A DNA stretch of 64,000 nt, from the NCBI GenBank assembly GCA_964582365.1, contig CAZOQV010000001.1:12712-76711 (forward strand), in the 5' to 3' direction. The notes under the pieces were generated by a model. It worked only from the letters and a program-made list of their open reading frames with translations. It was not told the DNA's origin and searched no databases. The stretch is from an uncultured Gammaproteobacteria bacterium. GTDB taxonomy: Bacteria; Patescibacteriota; Microgenomatia; UBA12405. This document shows positions 37,796-48,117 of this stretch, in pieces; position 1 is the first letter of the stretch, and each line of letters starts with the position of its first letter. Made by a program: the position numbers and the translations under genes.

Positions 37796-39240
37796 AAATC
37801 ACACCCATAATTGGTCTTGAAGCCCACGTTGAACTAAAAACCAAATCAAAAATGTTTTGTAGTTGTAATGCCGAGCATTTTCACGCCGAACCAAACACCC
37901 ACACCTGTCCAGTTTGTCTTGGTCTTCCAGGAGCACTACCAGTTCCCAATCAAGTCGCCTGTGAATCTTGTGTCAAATTAGGTTTAGCTCTTAATTGCGA
38001 CATAAATCCAATTACTTTTTTTGAAAGAAAAAATTATTTTTATCCAGATTTAGCCAAAAGTTACCAGATAACTCAACTTCAAAAACCTTTTTCTATTAAT
38101 GGCAAAATTACTATTGATGGTCACGAAATTCGAATTAATCGCGCCCACATGGAAGAGGACACTGGTAAATCAGTTCATCAAAATGTTGATGGCCAAGATT
38201 CAACTTTAATTGATTTTAATCGTTCTGGAGTTCCGTTAGTTGAAATTGTTTCTGAGCCAGATATTGATTCAGCTGAACTTGCCAAAAAGTATTTACTCAA
38301 AATCCAACAAATTATCCGATACATAGGCGTTTCCGATGCTGATATTGAAAAAGGCAGCATGCGTTGTGAACCAACCGTCAATTTAAAAATTGAAGATAAT
38401 GGGGAAGTTTTTTACACCCCATTGGCCGAAATTAAAAATGTGGCTTCCTTAACTGGTGTTTTAAATGCCATAAATTACGAAATTAACCGTCAGACTGAAA
38501 ATTTTAAAGAAACTCGTGAAGTAAAATCAAAAACCAACAAAACCACTCGAGGTTGGGATGCTAATAAAAATCAGACTTTTTTACAACGCGAAAAAGAAGG
38601 GTCGGCTGATTATCGTTATTTTCCTGAACCAGACATTCCGTCAATTGAATTTACTCAATCTCAAATTGAGGCGATTAAAAAAACTCTGCCAGAATTACCA
38701 GATCAAAAAATTATCAGATATAAAAAAGATTTTAGTTTAAATGATTATGATGCCACTCAAATAGCTGAAAATATTGATTTTTCTACTATTTATGAAACCG
38801 CCATTAGTCTTTCATCTTCTCCTGATTTTGCCAAATTCACCGCTAATTTATTTTTAGGTGCCATTAAAACTTACTTAAATGAAAATAGTGAAGAACTAGA
38901 TGATCAAAAAATTAATCCTCAATTTTTTCTTGATTTATTTACCTCTGTTTCCAAATCTGAAATTTCGGCCACTGTCGCCAAACAAGTCATTATCGACAGT
39001 TATAAGTCAGGTGAAAATCCAGTCGAAATTGCCAAAAGTAAGGGATTGCTTCAAGTTTCTGACTCTGGTGAAATTGAAAAAATTGCTACCGAAGTTATTT
39101 CTCAAAATCCAAAAGCAGTTGAAGATTACCAGAAAAATCCAGCTTCTATTGGCTTTTTAATTGGCCAACTCATGAAAGCCTCCAAAGGATCCGCCAATCC
39201 CCAACTCGCCAAAGAAATTTTAGAAAAATTATTAAAATAA
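37792..39240 (+). CDS. gatB: Asp/Glu-tRNA amidotransferase subunit B
   Basis: IGLEAHVEL, PVCLGLPGALP, RKNYFYPD, HMEEDTGK, DYRYFPEPD. Confidence 0.97.
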   Translation: MKITPIIGLEAHVELKTKSKMFCSCNAEHFHAEPNTHTCPVCLGLPGALPVPNQVACESCVKLGLALNCDINPITFFERKNYFYPDLAKSYQITQLQKPFSINGKITIDGHEIRINRAHMEEDTGKSVHQNVDGQDSTLIDFNRSGVPLVEIVSEPDIDSAELAKKYLLKIQQIIRYIGVSDADIEKGSMRCEPTVNLKIEDNGEVFYTPLAEIKNVASLTGVLNAINYEINRQTENFKETREVKSKTNKTTRGWDANKNQTFLQREKEGSADYRYFPEPDIPSIEFTQSQIEAIKKTLPELPDQKIIRYKKDFSLNDYDATQIAENIDFSTIYETAISLSSSPDFAKFTANLFLGAIKTYLNENSEELDDQKINPQFFLDLFTSVSKSEISATVAKQVIIDSYKSGENPVEIAKSKGLLQVSDSGEIEKIATEVISQNPKAVEDYQKNPASIGFLIGQLMKASKGSANPQLAKEILEKLLK

Positions 39241-39792
39241 ATGACCAATTTTCCACTTACCGATATTGAAATCAAAGACATTGCTGAAAAATTAAAAAAA
39301 CTCGAACCAGGTTTTTTACCTTTCGATCTTTTTTATCAATTCAATCGATTAAAAGTTACGATCACTATCGAAGTTGTTCCGCTTTGTTTTGATCCAGAAG
39401 GCAATGTATGTGTCGTTTTATTTGATCGTGGCCCCAACGATGCTTGGTGGCCTAATTTATATCACACCCCGGGAACTTGTTTAATTGACAGCGATATCCC
39501 AAAAGAAGACGAGTGGGGATTACCAACTCGCGCTTTTGAAAGATTAAAAAATGGCGAATTAAAGGGAATTAATTTAATTAACGATCCTATTTTTGTTAAT
39601 AATCTTAGTCATAAAGTTCGTCGCGGTCCCGAATCAGTTCATGTTTATATTCAAGAAGTTGACTATGAATCAGCAAAATCTTATCTTTTCCCAGTCTCAA
39701 ATCTCCCCAAAAATATTTTAGATCATCAAATAAATATGATTCAGAAATGTGCTTCTATTTTTAAAAACAAAAAATCTGCTAATATTAATTAA
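39241..39792 (+). CDS. NUDIX-fold-like protein (degenerate box)
   Basis: IEVV..V.L..R...WPNLYHTPGT...RAFERL..EL resembles the NUDIX scaffold. Confidence 0.5.
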   Translation: MTNFPLTDIEIKDIAEKLKKLEPGFLPFDLFYQFNRLKVTITIEVVPLCFDPEGNVCVVLFDRGPNDAWWPNLYHTPGTCLIDSDIPKEDEWGLPTRAFERLKNGELKGINLINDPIFVNNLSHKVRRGPESVHVYIQEVDYESAKSYLFPVSNLPKNILDHQINMIQKCASIFKNKKSANIN

Positions 39793-39812
39793 ATAATAAT
39801 TTAATCAATAAA

Positions 39813-39974
39813 ATGCCTGCTAAAAAAACCTCCCCAAAAAAACCTGCTAAAAAAACAGTCGCTAAAAAAATCACAGTTAAAAAAGTAACCTGTTGCAGTC
39901 AAAACCCAAATTTTTTAGTAGTCTTGCTTGCTACTTCTGTCATCGCTATCGTTTTTCTATTCTATTATCTCTAA
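39813..39974 (+). CDS. 53-aa small protein: Lys/Ala/Pro-rich N-terminus plus C-terminal TM helix (not in ORF track)
   Basis: Manual translation: MPAKKTSPKKPAKKTVAKKITVKKVTCCSQNPNFLVVLLATSVIAIVFLFYYL*. It fills an otherwise empty gap. Confidence 0.7.
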   Translation: MPAKKTSPKKPAKKTVAKKITVKKVTCCSQNPNFLVVLLATSVIAIVFLFYYL

Positions 39975-40562
39975 TAAATTTTTTATAGTTTTAATACCTT
40001 GGATTTTTTCATCATTTATTCTGTTAATCCAGATTACATTAAAACGATTTAAAGTTTTCAATTTTTCCACGACTTCTTTCTTATCGTCGACGATAATCGC
40101 CCCATCGGGTAATTTTGTTAAAAATTCAGGGTTTAACTTGTCTCTATCTATAAAAACAAATTTTTCTTCAAAAAAATCTTCAACTCCAGATAATTTTATT
40201 TTCATTTTTTGAAGAGCAACAAATCCCTGAGAATAAATACCTAGATTAAATTTATCTTTTAATTTATCTAAAACCGAAATAGCTTCTGGAAATAAAGCTT
40301 GTGAATAAATTCCTAATTTATCGGAATTAAAATCTTCTAATTCAATTTTTTTGCCAAATTTTTCCTCAAAACTTTGTACAAAAGTATCTATCCGAAAATC
40401 ATCTGATTTTTCTAAGTTATTAAAATATTTTTCTTCAACTTCAAAAATTATCTCTTCCGACACTTCACATATTCTGGCCAAATTACTTCTTAATCTTTTT
40501 TTATATTCAACTTTGCTAAATAATGTGTCATCCCAATCAAATAGAATTAAAGGTTTTATCAT
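39957..40562 (-). CDS. HAD-family hydrolase
   Basis: LFDWDDTL motif I, GIYSQG motif II, IVDD motif IV. Confidence 0.85.
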   Translation of the reverse strand: MIKPLILFDWDDTLFSKVEYKKRLRSNLARICEVSEEIIFEVEEKYFNNLEKSDDFRIDTFVQSFEEKFGKKIELEDFNSDKLGIYSQALFPEAISVLDKLKDKFNLGIYSQGFVALQKMKIKLSGVEDFFEEKFVFIDRDKLNPEFLTKLPDGAIIVDDKKEVVEKLKTLNRFNVIWINRINDEKIQGIKTIKNLLEIIE

Positions 40563-40598
40563 TAGTCATATTCTACCTCATGAGCTAAAATATCCTTA

Positions 40599-43500
40599 GT
40601 GACTAATTTTCAAATCGAATATCAAAAATTAAACCCAGAACAGAAACTAGCTGTCGACACCATTGAAGGTCCAGTTATGGTTATTGCTGGCGCTGGTACT
40701 GGTAAAACCCAAACTATCGCTTTAAGAATTGCCAATATATTGGACAAAACTGATACTAAGCCCAGCTCTATTTTATGTCTAACCTACACCGACGTGGCTG
40801 CCAACAACATGAGAAATCGTTTACTAAACATGATCGGTTCAGATGCTTACAAAATAAAAATTTGTACCTTTCATGCTTTTTGTAATGATATTATTTCCTC
40901 AAACTCTCAATATTTTCCTTTTGCCTCCTCTAATTTAAAAGCCATCGATGATTTAGAAACCATTGAAATTATCAAAAATATCATTGATCATCTTGAAAAT
41001 TCTTCTCCTCTCATTTCTTGGGGTGATCGATATTGCTACCAAAAAAGTATTTTAGATTGTATTCATTTAGTTAAAAGAGAAAGCATCAGTCAAGAAACTT
41101 TATTGAAACTAATCGACGACCAAGAGCTATTTTTTAAAAATTCTAGCGAACTTATTAATCAACTCGCCAATGTTCGGGCCACCAAAAATAATTATCCTCA
41201 AATTAACCAAATTTTAGATAATTTAGAAAATTCCGAGTTTGCTTCACTCAATCTTAAAAGCCATATCAAGATAATCAGAAGCGGCAATGAAAATTTAAGT
41301 CTTGTTAAAAACGAAATTCGCAAGTTTTATCAAGATTTTGAAAAAAATATCCCTAAACAAAAAGAATTCGTTAAAATTTTTGATTTGTACCAAAAAGAAC
41401 TTCAAAAAAAATCTCTTTACGACTATGAAGACATGATTTTATTTGTCATCAATGCTTTCACTGACAACCCCGATCTTTTACTCAATTTTCAGGAGAAATA
41501 CCAATATATTCTCGTCGACGAATATCAAGACACCAATTCTAGTCAAAATAAAATTATCGAGATGTTGGGTAATTATTACGATAACCCCAATATCTTTGTT
41601 GTCGGTGACGATGATCAATCGATTTTTAGATTTCAAGGTGCTTCTATCGAAAATATTTATAACTTTTACCAAAAATATCACCCAGAAAAAGTTGTTTTAA
41701 AAAATAATTATCGTAGTCACAAATTAATTTTGGAATCATCAGATAATGTCATTAGTCATAACAAAAATCGCATTGCTAACTTAATTACCGATATTGACAA
41801 AACCTTAATTGCCAATAAAGACTACGATCCTGATCCAATTAATTTAGCCGTTTTAAATTCCAACATTGAAGAAGATTATTATCTCTCTCAAAAAATTTCT
41901 AATTTAATTAAGTCTGGTGAAAAACCAGAAGAAATTGCCATTTTACTTCGCAAAAATCGTGATGCCGATGAATTAAGCAAAATGTTATCTGCTTTTGGTG
42001 TTAAATTTTTTCTTCCCTCCGATTCCAATATTCTTAAAAATCCCCTCATTACTCAACTCCTAAAATTACTCGAATTTATCAATAATCCAAACCACAATGA
42101 ATCCGTTTATCACATTTTAGCGGCTCCATTTTTAAAATTAAATTCTCTTGATTTAGTTAAAATTTTAAAATCAAAAGTTGTTCTTTGTGATCTAATTTTT
42201 GATCAAAGCAAAATTGACAGTCTTGAAATTTCTGATAAATCCAAACATATAATTTCTAAATTTGGTAAAAAAATTGCCAAAACTAAGGTTGATTTAGAAA
42301 ATTATCCCCTCGAAAAAGTTCTCAATAAAATTTTAAAAAGATTTCGAATCTTAAAATATTTATTAGCCAAAAATGACGTTGATTCTCTTAATCAGGTCTA
42401 CACTTTTTACAAACTTCTTAAAGACACTGTTATTAAAAAAGATCTTACTTTAAAAGAATTTATAAATCGAATTCAATTATATGTCGACAATAATCTTTCA
42501 ATTTCTTCTCCCTCGATCACTTATGATTCTTCCGATTCTATTAAAATATTAACTGTTCATGGTGCCAAAGGTTTGGAATTTGACCATGTTTTTATTTATC
42601 GATTGCTTGAAGATTCTTGGGAAAAACAACGTGATTTTAATAAATTAAAATTACCTTTTGGTGTTCTTTCCAGTGAAATTACTAAAAGTATTGAAGACGA
42701 CTATGAAGAAGATCGTCGTCTGTTCTATGTGGCCTTAACTCGTGCCAAAAAACAAATTTATCTATCTTATTCTCAATATAAAGAAAACGGAAAAAATCAA
42801 AATCCCTCTGTTTTTGTTTCTGAAATTGATAGTCATTTAATTGAAAATATAAAATTCAATGATAAGGCCAACGCTCTAAAAACTTATTATCAATTCACCG
42901 ATTTTTCTCATGACTTAAAACCAGATCTTACTACTTATCTAAAAGACTACTTAACTAATCACTATAAGTTTAATGTTAGTCATCTCAATTCTTATCTCCG
43001 CTGTCCACTTTGTTTTTATTACAAAACTATTTTAAGAATTCCACAAAATAAGGAAAAATTCAGTAGTTTTGGTACCGCCATTCATGCAGCTCTATCCAAT
43101 TTTTATCAAAAAAAATCCAAAGAAGAAGTTATTAATAGTTTTGAACAAAGTTTAAAAAACGAAAGATTGCCAAAATCAGACTATCAATGGTGCCTAACTA
43201 ATGGTCAAAAACTATTAACTGAATATTATGATCAATATGTCGATTCTGTTAAAGACGATAATATTTGTGAATACAATTTTGCCAATGAGAACATTGTTTA
43301 CAACAACATTCCCTTAACTGGAAAAATAGATCTTATAAAAAAAGTTGAAAATGGCAAAATTAACGTTGTTGATTTTAAAACCGGTAATTCCGACAGTAAA
43401 TATAAAGAACTTTCACCCGAAGGGGATTATTATCGTCAAATTGTTTTTTATAAATTATTACTCGATATTAAAAACGATTCTCGTTTCCAATTCAACCAAG

Positions 43501-43694
43501 GCATTATCGATTTTGTTGAAAAAAGTAAATTGAAAAAATCTTTTGTTCGAAAAGAAATTAATGTTTCCGACGATGATTTGAATAAATTAAAAACTCAAAT
43601 CGAAGAGGTTTATCAAAAAATCTTAAATCTGGAATTCTTTGAAACCGGCAAAGATTGCAAAGATAAAGACCATTTACATTATTTACTGAAATAA
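40599..43694 (+). CDS. UvrD/REP helicase fused to C-terminal PD-(D/E)XK nuclease (AdnAB/AddA-like)
   Basis: AGAGTGKT, VDEYQDTN, NYRS, HGAKGLEF, RRLFYVALTRA; C-terminal S.LNSY..CP, GKIDLI, VDFKTG, Q..FY. Confidence 0.9.
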   Translation: MTNFQIEYQKLNPEQKLAVDTIEGPVMVIAGAGTGKTQTIALRIANILDKTDTKPSSILCLTYTDVAANNMRNRLLNMIGSDAYKIKICTFHAFCNDIISSNSQYFPFASSNLKAIDDLETIEIIKNIIDHLENSSPLISWGDRYCYQKSILDCIHLVKRESISQETLLKLIDDQELFFKNSSELINQLANVRATKNNYPQINQILDNLENSEFASLNLKSHIKIIRSGNENLSLVKNEIRKFYQDFEKNIPKQKEFVKIFDLYQKELQKKSLYDYEDMILFVINAFTDNPDLLLNFQEKYQYILVDEYQDTNSSQNKIIEMLGNYYDNPNIFVVGDDDQSIFRFQGASIENIYNFYQKYHPEKVVLKNNYRSHKLILESSDNVISHNKNRIANLITDIDKTLIANKDYDPDPINLAVLNSNIEEDYYLSQKISNLIKSGEKPEEIAILLRKNRDADELSKMLSAFGVKFFLPSDSNILKNPLITQLLKLLEFINNPNHNESVYHILAAPFLKLNSLDLVKILKSKVVLCDLIFDQSKIDSLEISDKSKHIISKFGKKIAKTKVDLENYPLEKVLNKILKRFRILKYLLAKNDVDSLNQVYTFYKLLKDTVIKKDLTLKEFINRIQLYVDNNLSISSPSITYDSSDSIKILTVHGAKGLEFDHVFIYRLLEDSWEKQRDFNKLKLPFGVLSSEITKSIEDDYEEDRRLFYVALTRAKKQIYLSYSQYKENGKNQNPSVFVSEIDSHLIENIKFNDKANALKTYYQFTDFSHDLKPDLTTYLKDYLTNHYKFNVSHLNSYLRCPLCFYYKTILRIPQNKEKFSSFGTAIHAALSNFYQKKSKEEVINSFEQSLKNERLPKSDYQWCLTNGQKLLTEYYDQYVDSVKDDNICEYNFANENIVYNNIPLTGKIDLIKKVENGKINVVDFKTGNSDSKYKELSPEGDYYRQIVFYKLLLDIKNDSRFQFNQGIIDFVEKSKLKKSFVRKEINVSDDDLNKLKTQIEEVYQKILNLEFFETGKDCKDKDHLHYLLK

Positions 43695-43697
43695 ATC

Positions 43698-45593
43698 TCA
43701 GCCTGCTCCTCCACCACCTCCGCCGCCGCCGCCGCCACCACCGCCAGATGAACCACCTGATGATCCAGCACCAGAAGCACCATAACTTGAACTAGCTGTT
43801 GTTGAAATGTTATTTATAGCCGACGTTAAAGAATTCAGACTGCTTGAAAAATCGCCAAAATTACCCATGTTTCCACACCAATACGTTGTCATTATAATTT
43901 GGTCATTACTATCACTAAAATTAACCGGTAACTGACTTATTGCTTTTGTAGAAATTCCCAAAACTGTTCCATAAACTAAATATTTTTCCCATAAAATTAT
44001 CGAGTCGATTGGGTAATTTTTAGTCACTTCGTATTCTTTTAAATGTTTTTTAAAAGCTATCCATTTGGCTGTTTCTTCAGCTCCCAATTCTGTCCTTTTT
44101 TCTTTAAACCTTATCATAACTAATATCACCACCAAAAAAACAAAAAAAATAAAACTATTTAAAAATCCAACTATTGATACCGATCCTAACCAAAATTCTA
44201 TTATCATTAACAAAACCATTAAAATAATAGTTTTACTATAACTAATAGAGTGAGAATTTTTTTCAAAATAACCTTCTTCTAAATTTTCTTCTAAAACTAA
44301 ATCTGGGAATTTTTTGAAAAAAGATTGGCTTTCAAATTGGTGATTTCTACACCATATCGAAATGTTTTTTAATTTAATTCCTTCAATGTTTTCTCCACCC
44401 AAAACTACATTGCTAAGACTAATTTTTTGTAAAAATTTATGAACATAAGTTTCAATTTTTGATGCTTCATTAAAATCTTTTTTTAGAGGTACTAAATAAT
44501 AATTGTAATCTTTTATTAGGAAACCTTCTTTTTGGTCACTTCTCATTATTTTATAAAAACGATGTTGAACCAAAGATAAGATTGTCGAAGTGAAAGAATT
44601 TGGTGTTAAATATTTTGTTGAACTAATTAATTGTTCAATTTGAGCCGGGTCAATATCACTTGGAGCCTCCCACAATCTGCCCGATAAGTTTATTTCCGGT
44701 AGTTTTAACTCCTTTCCATACTTTTTAAAATTTTTAACTTTACCTATAAACAGGATTAATCCAATTATCAATAACCCAAACGAAATAATTGAAAAAACAA
44801 TTTCTTTTATTTTATTTTCTTGTTTTTGTTTTTCAGTCTGATCAATAAAACTTTGTTCTTCTAATTCAATTTCTGATTTACTTAAATTTCCAATAATCCC
44901 ACCAGTAAAGATATTTTTGGGTAATAAAATTCTTCCTTCAAAAAAAGTTCCAGAATATAATCTACCAACTGTAAAAGTTACTTTACTGGAATCAGGAATT
45001 GAAACAGTCCCATTCAATGGCCCGTGTAACCAAGCTTTAATTTCATCCCCTGGAATATTTTCTGGTAAATTAATTTGAGCCGAAACATTATTTTGACTAA
45101 TTTCCCAATCATCTCCAATTAATTTCCAATACAATTCAGCTGTGTCGGTGTTTAAAGTAATGGCGTTAGAAATCTCATATTTAATTTTAAAAGTCTTTTT
45201 TCCACCATCAGTTCGGTAAAACCATCTAATATAATATTTATCTGTTTGTTCCTCAACATAAAAACTAGAAACTGGTTTAACTGTGTTGTGTTGTTTTTTA
45301 TTTTTAGAATCCAATTCGGTATAGCATTCTTTTTCGTCACAAACTTCAAAATTTTTCAAAATATAAGATTCATTTCTATTACCAGTTTTATTTATATATT
45401 CATAAGCATAGGTATAACTTCCATTAAAAGAAAAAACTCTTGTTTCTTCCACTCTCATTGAACCATCTGTTTTTAATTGACCTAAAATATTTACCTTATC
45501 AATCGAATAAGATTTATCCGCCGCATTAATTGGTTTTGCTAAAAATAATAATAAGAATAATCCTAAAATTTTGAAATGCTTCATTAATCTCAT
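43698..45593 (-). CDS. DUF2207 membrane protein
   Basis: DGSMRVEE, ELYWKLIG..W, W..FKK.L, WEKYLVYGTVLG, Gly-rich C-terminus. Confidence 0.9.
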   Translation of the reverse strand: MRLMKHFKILGLFLLLFLAKPINAADKSYSIDKVNILGQLKTDGSMRVEETRVFSFNGSYTYAYEYINKTGNRNESYILKNFEVCDEKECYTELDSKNKKQHNTVKPVSSFYVEEQTDKYYIRWFYRTDGGKKTFKIKYEISNAITLNTDTAELYWKLIGDDWEISQNNVSAQINLPENIPGDEIKAWLHGPLNGTVSIPDSSKVTFTVGRLYSGTFFEGRILLPKNIFTGGIIGNLSKSEIELEEQSFIDQTEKQKQENKIKEIVFSIISFGLLIIGLILFIGKVKNFKKYGKELKLPEINLSGRLWEAPSDIDPAQIEQLISSTKYLTPNSFTSTILSLVQHRFYKIMRSDQKEGFLIKDYNYYLVPLKKDFNEASKIETYVHKFLQKISLSNVVLGGENIEGIKLKNISIWCRNHQFESQSFFKKFPDLVLEENLEEGYFEKNSHSISYSKTIILMVLLMIIEFWLGSVSIVGFLNSFIFFVFLVVILVMIRFKEKRTELGAEETAKWIAFKKHLKEYEVTKNYPIDSIILWEKYLVYGTVLGISTKAISQLPVNFSDSNDQIIMTTYWCGNMGNFGDFSSSLNSLTSAINNISTTASSSYGASGAGSSGGSSGGGGGGGGGGGGGAG

Positions 45594-45619
45594 TAACTTA
45601 TTATAGATTATAATTGTCT

Positions 45620-46051
45620 ATGAAAATTAAAATAAAACGTTTTGATAAAACCTTACCTCTACCAGTTCATAAAACCAGCGGGGCAGTAGCAGTTGATTTA
45701 TATTCTCGATTAGATTTTAATATTGAACCAAAACAAATTGCCTATATTCCCATGAATGTCGCTATAAAAATCCCCGATGGTTATTTTATTATCCAAACTC
45801 CTCGTAGCTCTACCCACAAATTAGGCTTAATGGCTATTAATAGTGTTGGTGTTTTTGATCGCGATTATTGTGGTGACAACGATGAATATCATTTTGCTGC
45901 TTATAATTTCACCGACAAACCGGTATTTATTGAAAAAGGAACTCGTCTTTGTCAATTAGTTTTAATAAAATGTGAAAATTTTGAATTCGATGAAGTCGAC
46001 TCAATGGATGCCGTCGATCGTGGCGGCTTCGGCACAACAGGGGTACACTAA
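45620..46051 (+). CDS. dut: dUTP diphosphatase
   Basis: AVDL, PRSS, GVFDRDYCG, RLCQ, RGGFGTTG. Confidence 0.92.
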   Translation: MKIKIKRFDKTLPLPVHKTSGAVAVDLYSRLDFNIEPKQIAYIPMNVAIKIPDGYFIIQTPRSSTHKLGLMAINSVGVFDRDYCGDNDEYHFAAYNFTDKPVFIEKGTRLCQLVLIKCENFEFDEVDSMDAVDRGGFGTTGVH

Positions 46052-46069
46052 TTTAGTGTAATATTAATT

Positions 46070-48082
46070 ATGGAAAATCAACCAAACATTCAAAATAATA
46101 ATTCTAGTCTTGAAAATATTAATTCTCAAACGCCGCAAGCTGAACCAGAAATCAAACCAAAATCAAATAAAATCATTCCAATTTTAATAGGTGTATTTTT
46201 TGTCTGTGCTATTTCTGTGGTTGCTTATTTTTTGGGTAGCAAAAATTTTTTTAAGAAAAATATTATCGTCGATAATCATCCCAAAGAAACTCCCAATTCC
46301 ACCCCAACTCCAGAAGAAGTGCCTCTTTTTTCCGGTCAAATTCAAAGATTAACCCAAAACTTAAAATTATTTAAAAGTGTTGTATATGGATATGAAACTG
46401 TTGATAGTGATGTCTACTACAGTGCTGGTATTTTTAATAAAGGTGAATTAAAAGGTTACACTCGTATTATTGCCATTAAAAAAGAAGAAGGTCCAGGAGA
46501 TCCATATGTTTATATTTTAGCCACAAAAGATTTTGAAACTTTTATTTTAGATGACCCAAACAATAATATCTCCAAACCAGAAGATAATTATCAAAATCCA
46601 TATTCAGTTTTAGATAAAACCAAAATAATATCTACTAAAAATTTTGATACTAATCAAACCAATGAAATTAGTTTGGATCAAAAATTTTCCTTATATTTTA
46701 AAACCTTTTTTACCAAACCTTCTGAAACTAATAAAGTTGATAAATATGGCAACAAAATTTATGAATACACTTTAATCACTGATTTTTCTTCTTACCAAAA
46801 ATTAACCTCTCCGGTTAATAATTTAACTTTTTATTTTAAGCCTTATACAAATAATCAATATTTTGATCAACTTAATCAAAGTCAAAAAGACAAGGAATTA
46901 ATTAAAGAAAAATATTTTTCTGGAGAGACAAGTATAATTGTTGTTGATTCCACTGGCTTACCATTAAATTATTTATTAACCACGGCTGAAAATATAAAAA
47001 TTTATCAACAAAAAAATGCCGTCAACGACATTTCCTTAAAAGGTTCTGTTCTTCCAAGTTTTACTTTTACCAGTTCGGCTATTGAAAACAAAAATAATCT
47101 TCAATTTTATAAAACCTATGCTACTGCCATTCCAAGCGGCTGTTTTTTGTCTCTTAGTACCAAGGTAATCAATATTAATGATAACGATCTTGAACAAATT
47201 GGAACAGTTTCAAATACCCAAATTTATCGATTAAAAGATAGAAATAACCCCCTCTACAAGTTGGCTTTTGATAATAAAATGGAATACTATAATTTAGTAA
47301 CAATGCCATCAGAATGGGACAATATTAATAAAGGTGTAAAAAAACCAACTTTTGAAGAATATATTGATAATAACCCTTTATTATTCATTAAAGACTATTG
47401 GCAACGCTGGGTCGCTTTAGGTGAATACGACATTCAACTTCCTGGTGGTTGTGGCAAACCTGTTATTTATTTATACCCACAAAAAACCACCGAAATTTCG
47501 GTTAAATTTAATGTTCCAGTTCAATTCACTACCGACATTCCAGAATACAAAAATTCATGGAATGTTTTAGCTAGTCCAAATGGTTCACTCAAAGACCTAA
47601 ATCAAAAAGACGACGACTGTAATAAAATTGATTCCAATAAATTTGGTTCAGAATATGCCGCTGAGGCTTGTAAAACTAATAATTATCCTTATCTTTATTG
47701 GGCTGGAAATATAATTTCTCAAAAATATCCAGAAATAAATAAAGGATGGATTATTGATAAAAAAGATATCAATAATTTTCTGGAAGAAAAACTTACTCAA
47801 GTTGGTTTGAATTCTCAAGAGAAAAAAGATTTTATTAGATACTGGTTACCAGAAATGTTGGCTAAAAATACTCCATATTATCGAGTTAGTTTTTTACAAA
47901 CAAGTGAACTAAATCAATTATTTCCAATGACTGTCGAGCCAAGACCAGATAGTATCTTTAGAATCTTTTTAGATTATTTACCCTTAGCTCAGAAACCATC
48001 TCAAAAAATAGAACCTCAATCATTAAACAAAATAATCCGTGAAGGTTTCACCCTGGTTGAATGGGGTGGCTTAAAAAGATAA
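46070..48082 (+). CDS. Membrane-anchored extracellular protein with conserved C-terminal KPVIYLYP...EWGG domain
   Basis: Single N-terminal TM; GGCGKPVIYLYP, YPYLYW, DFIRYWLP, RIF, VEWGG. Confidence 0.75.
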   Translation: MENQPNIQNNNSSLENINSQTPQAEPEIKPKSNKIIPILIGVFFVCAISVVAYFLGSKNFFKKNIIVDNHPKETPNSTPTPEEVPLFSGQIQRLTQNLKLFKSVVYGYETVDSDVYYSAGIFNKGELKGYTRIIAIKKEEGPGDPYVYILATKDFETFILDDPNNNISKPEDNYQNPYSVLDKTKIISTKNFDTNQTNEISLDQKFSLYFKTFFTKPSETNKVDKYGNKIYEYTLITDFSSYQKLTSPVNNLTFYFKPYTNNQYFDQLNQSQKDKELIKEKYFSGETSIIVVDSTGLPLNYLLTTAENIKIYQQKNAVNDISLKGSVLPSFTFTSSAIENKNNLQFYKTYATAIPSGCFLSLSTKVININDNDLEQIGTVSNTQIYRLKDRNNPLYKLAFDNKMEYYNLVTMPSEWDNINKGVKKPTFEEYIDNNPLLFIKDYWQRWVALGEYDIQLPGGCGKPVIYLYPQKTTEISVKFNVPVQFTTDIPEYKNSWNVLASPNGSLKDLNQKDDDCNKIDSNKFGSEYAAEACKTNNYPYLYWAGNIISQKYPEINKGWIIDKKDINNFLEEKLTQVGLNSQEKKDFIRYWLPEMLAKNTPYYRVSFLQTSELNQLFPMTVEPRPDSIFRIFLDYLPLAQKPSQKIEPQSLNKIIREGFTLVEWGGLKR

Positions 48083-48117
48083 CTAAACCTTGAATTCAGT
48101 TAGTGTAAAATAAACTT

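Noticed and set aside
43698-43785. GC-rich ccg/cca triplet run as a repeat element
   Set aside because: It is the normal poly-Gly/Ser tail of DUF2207 proteins.
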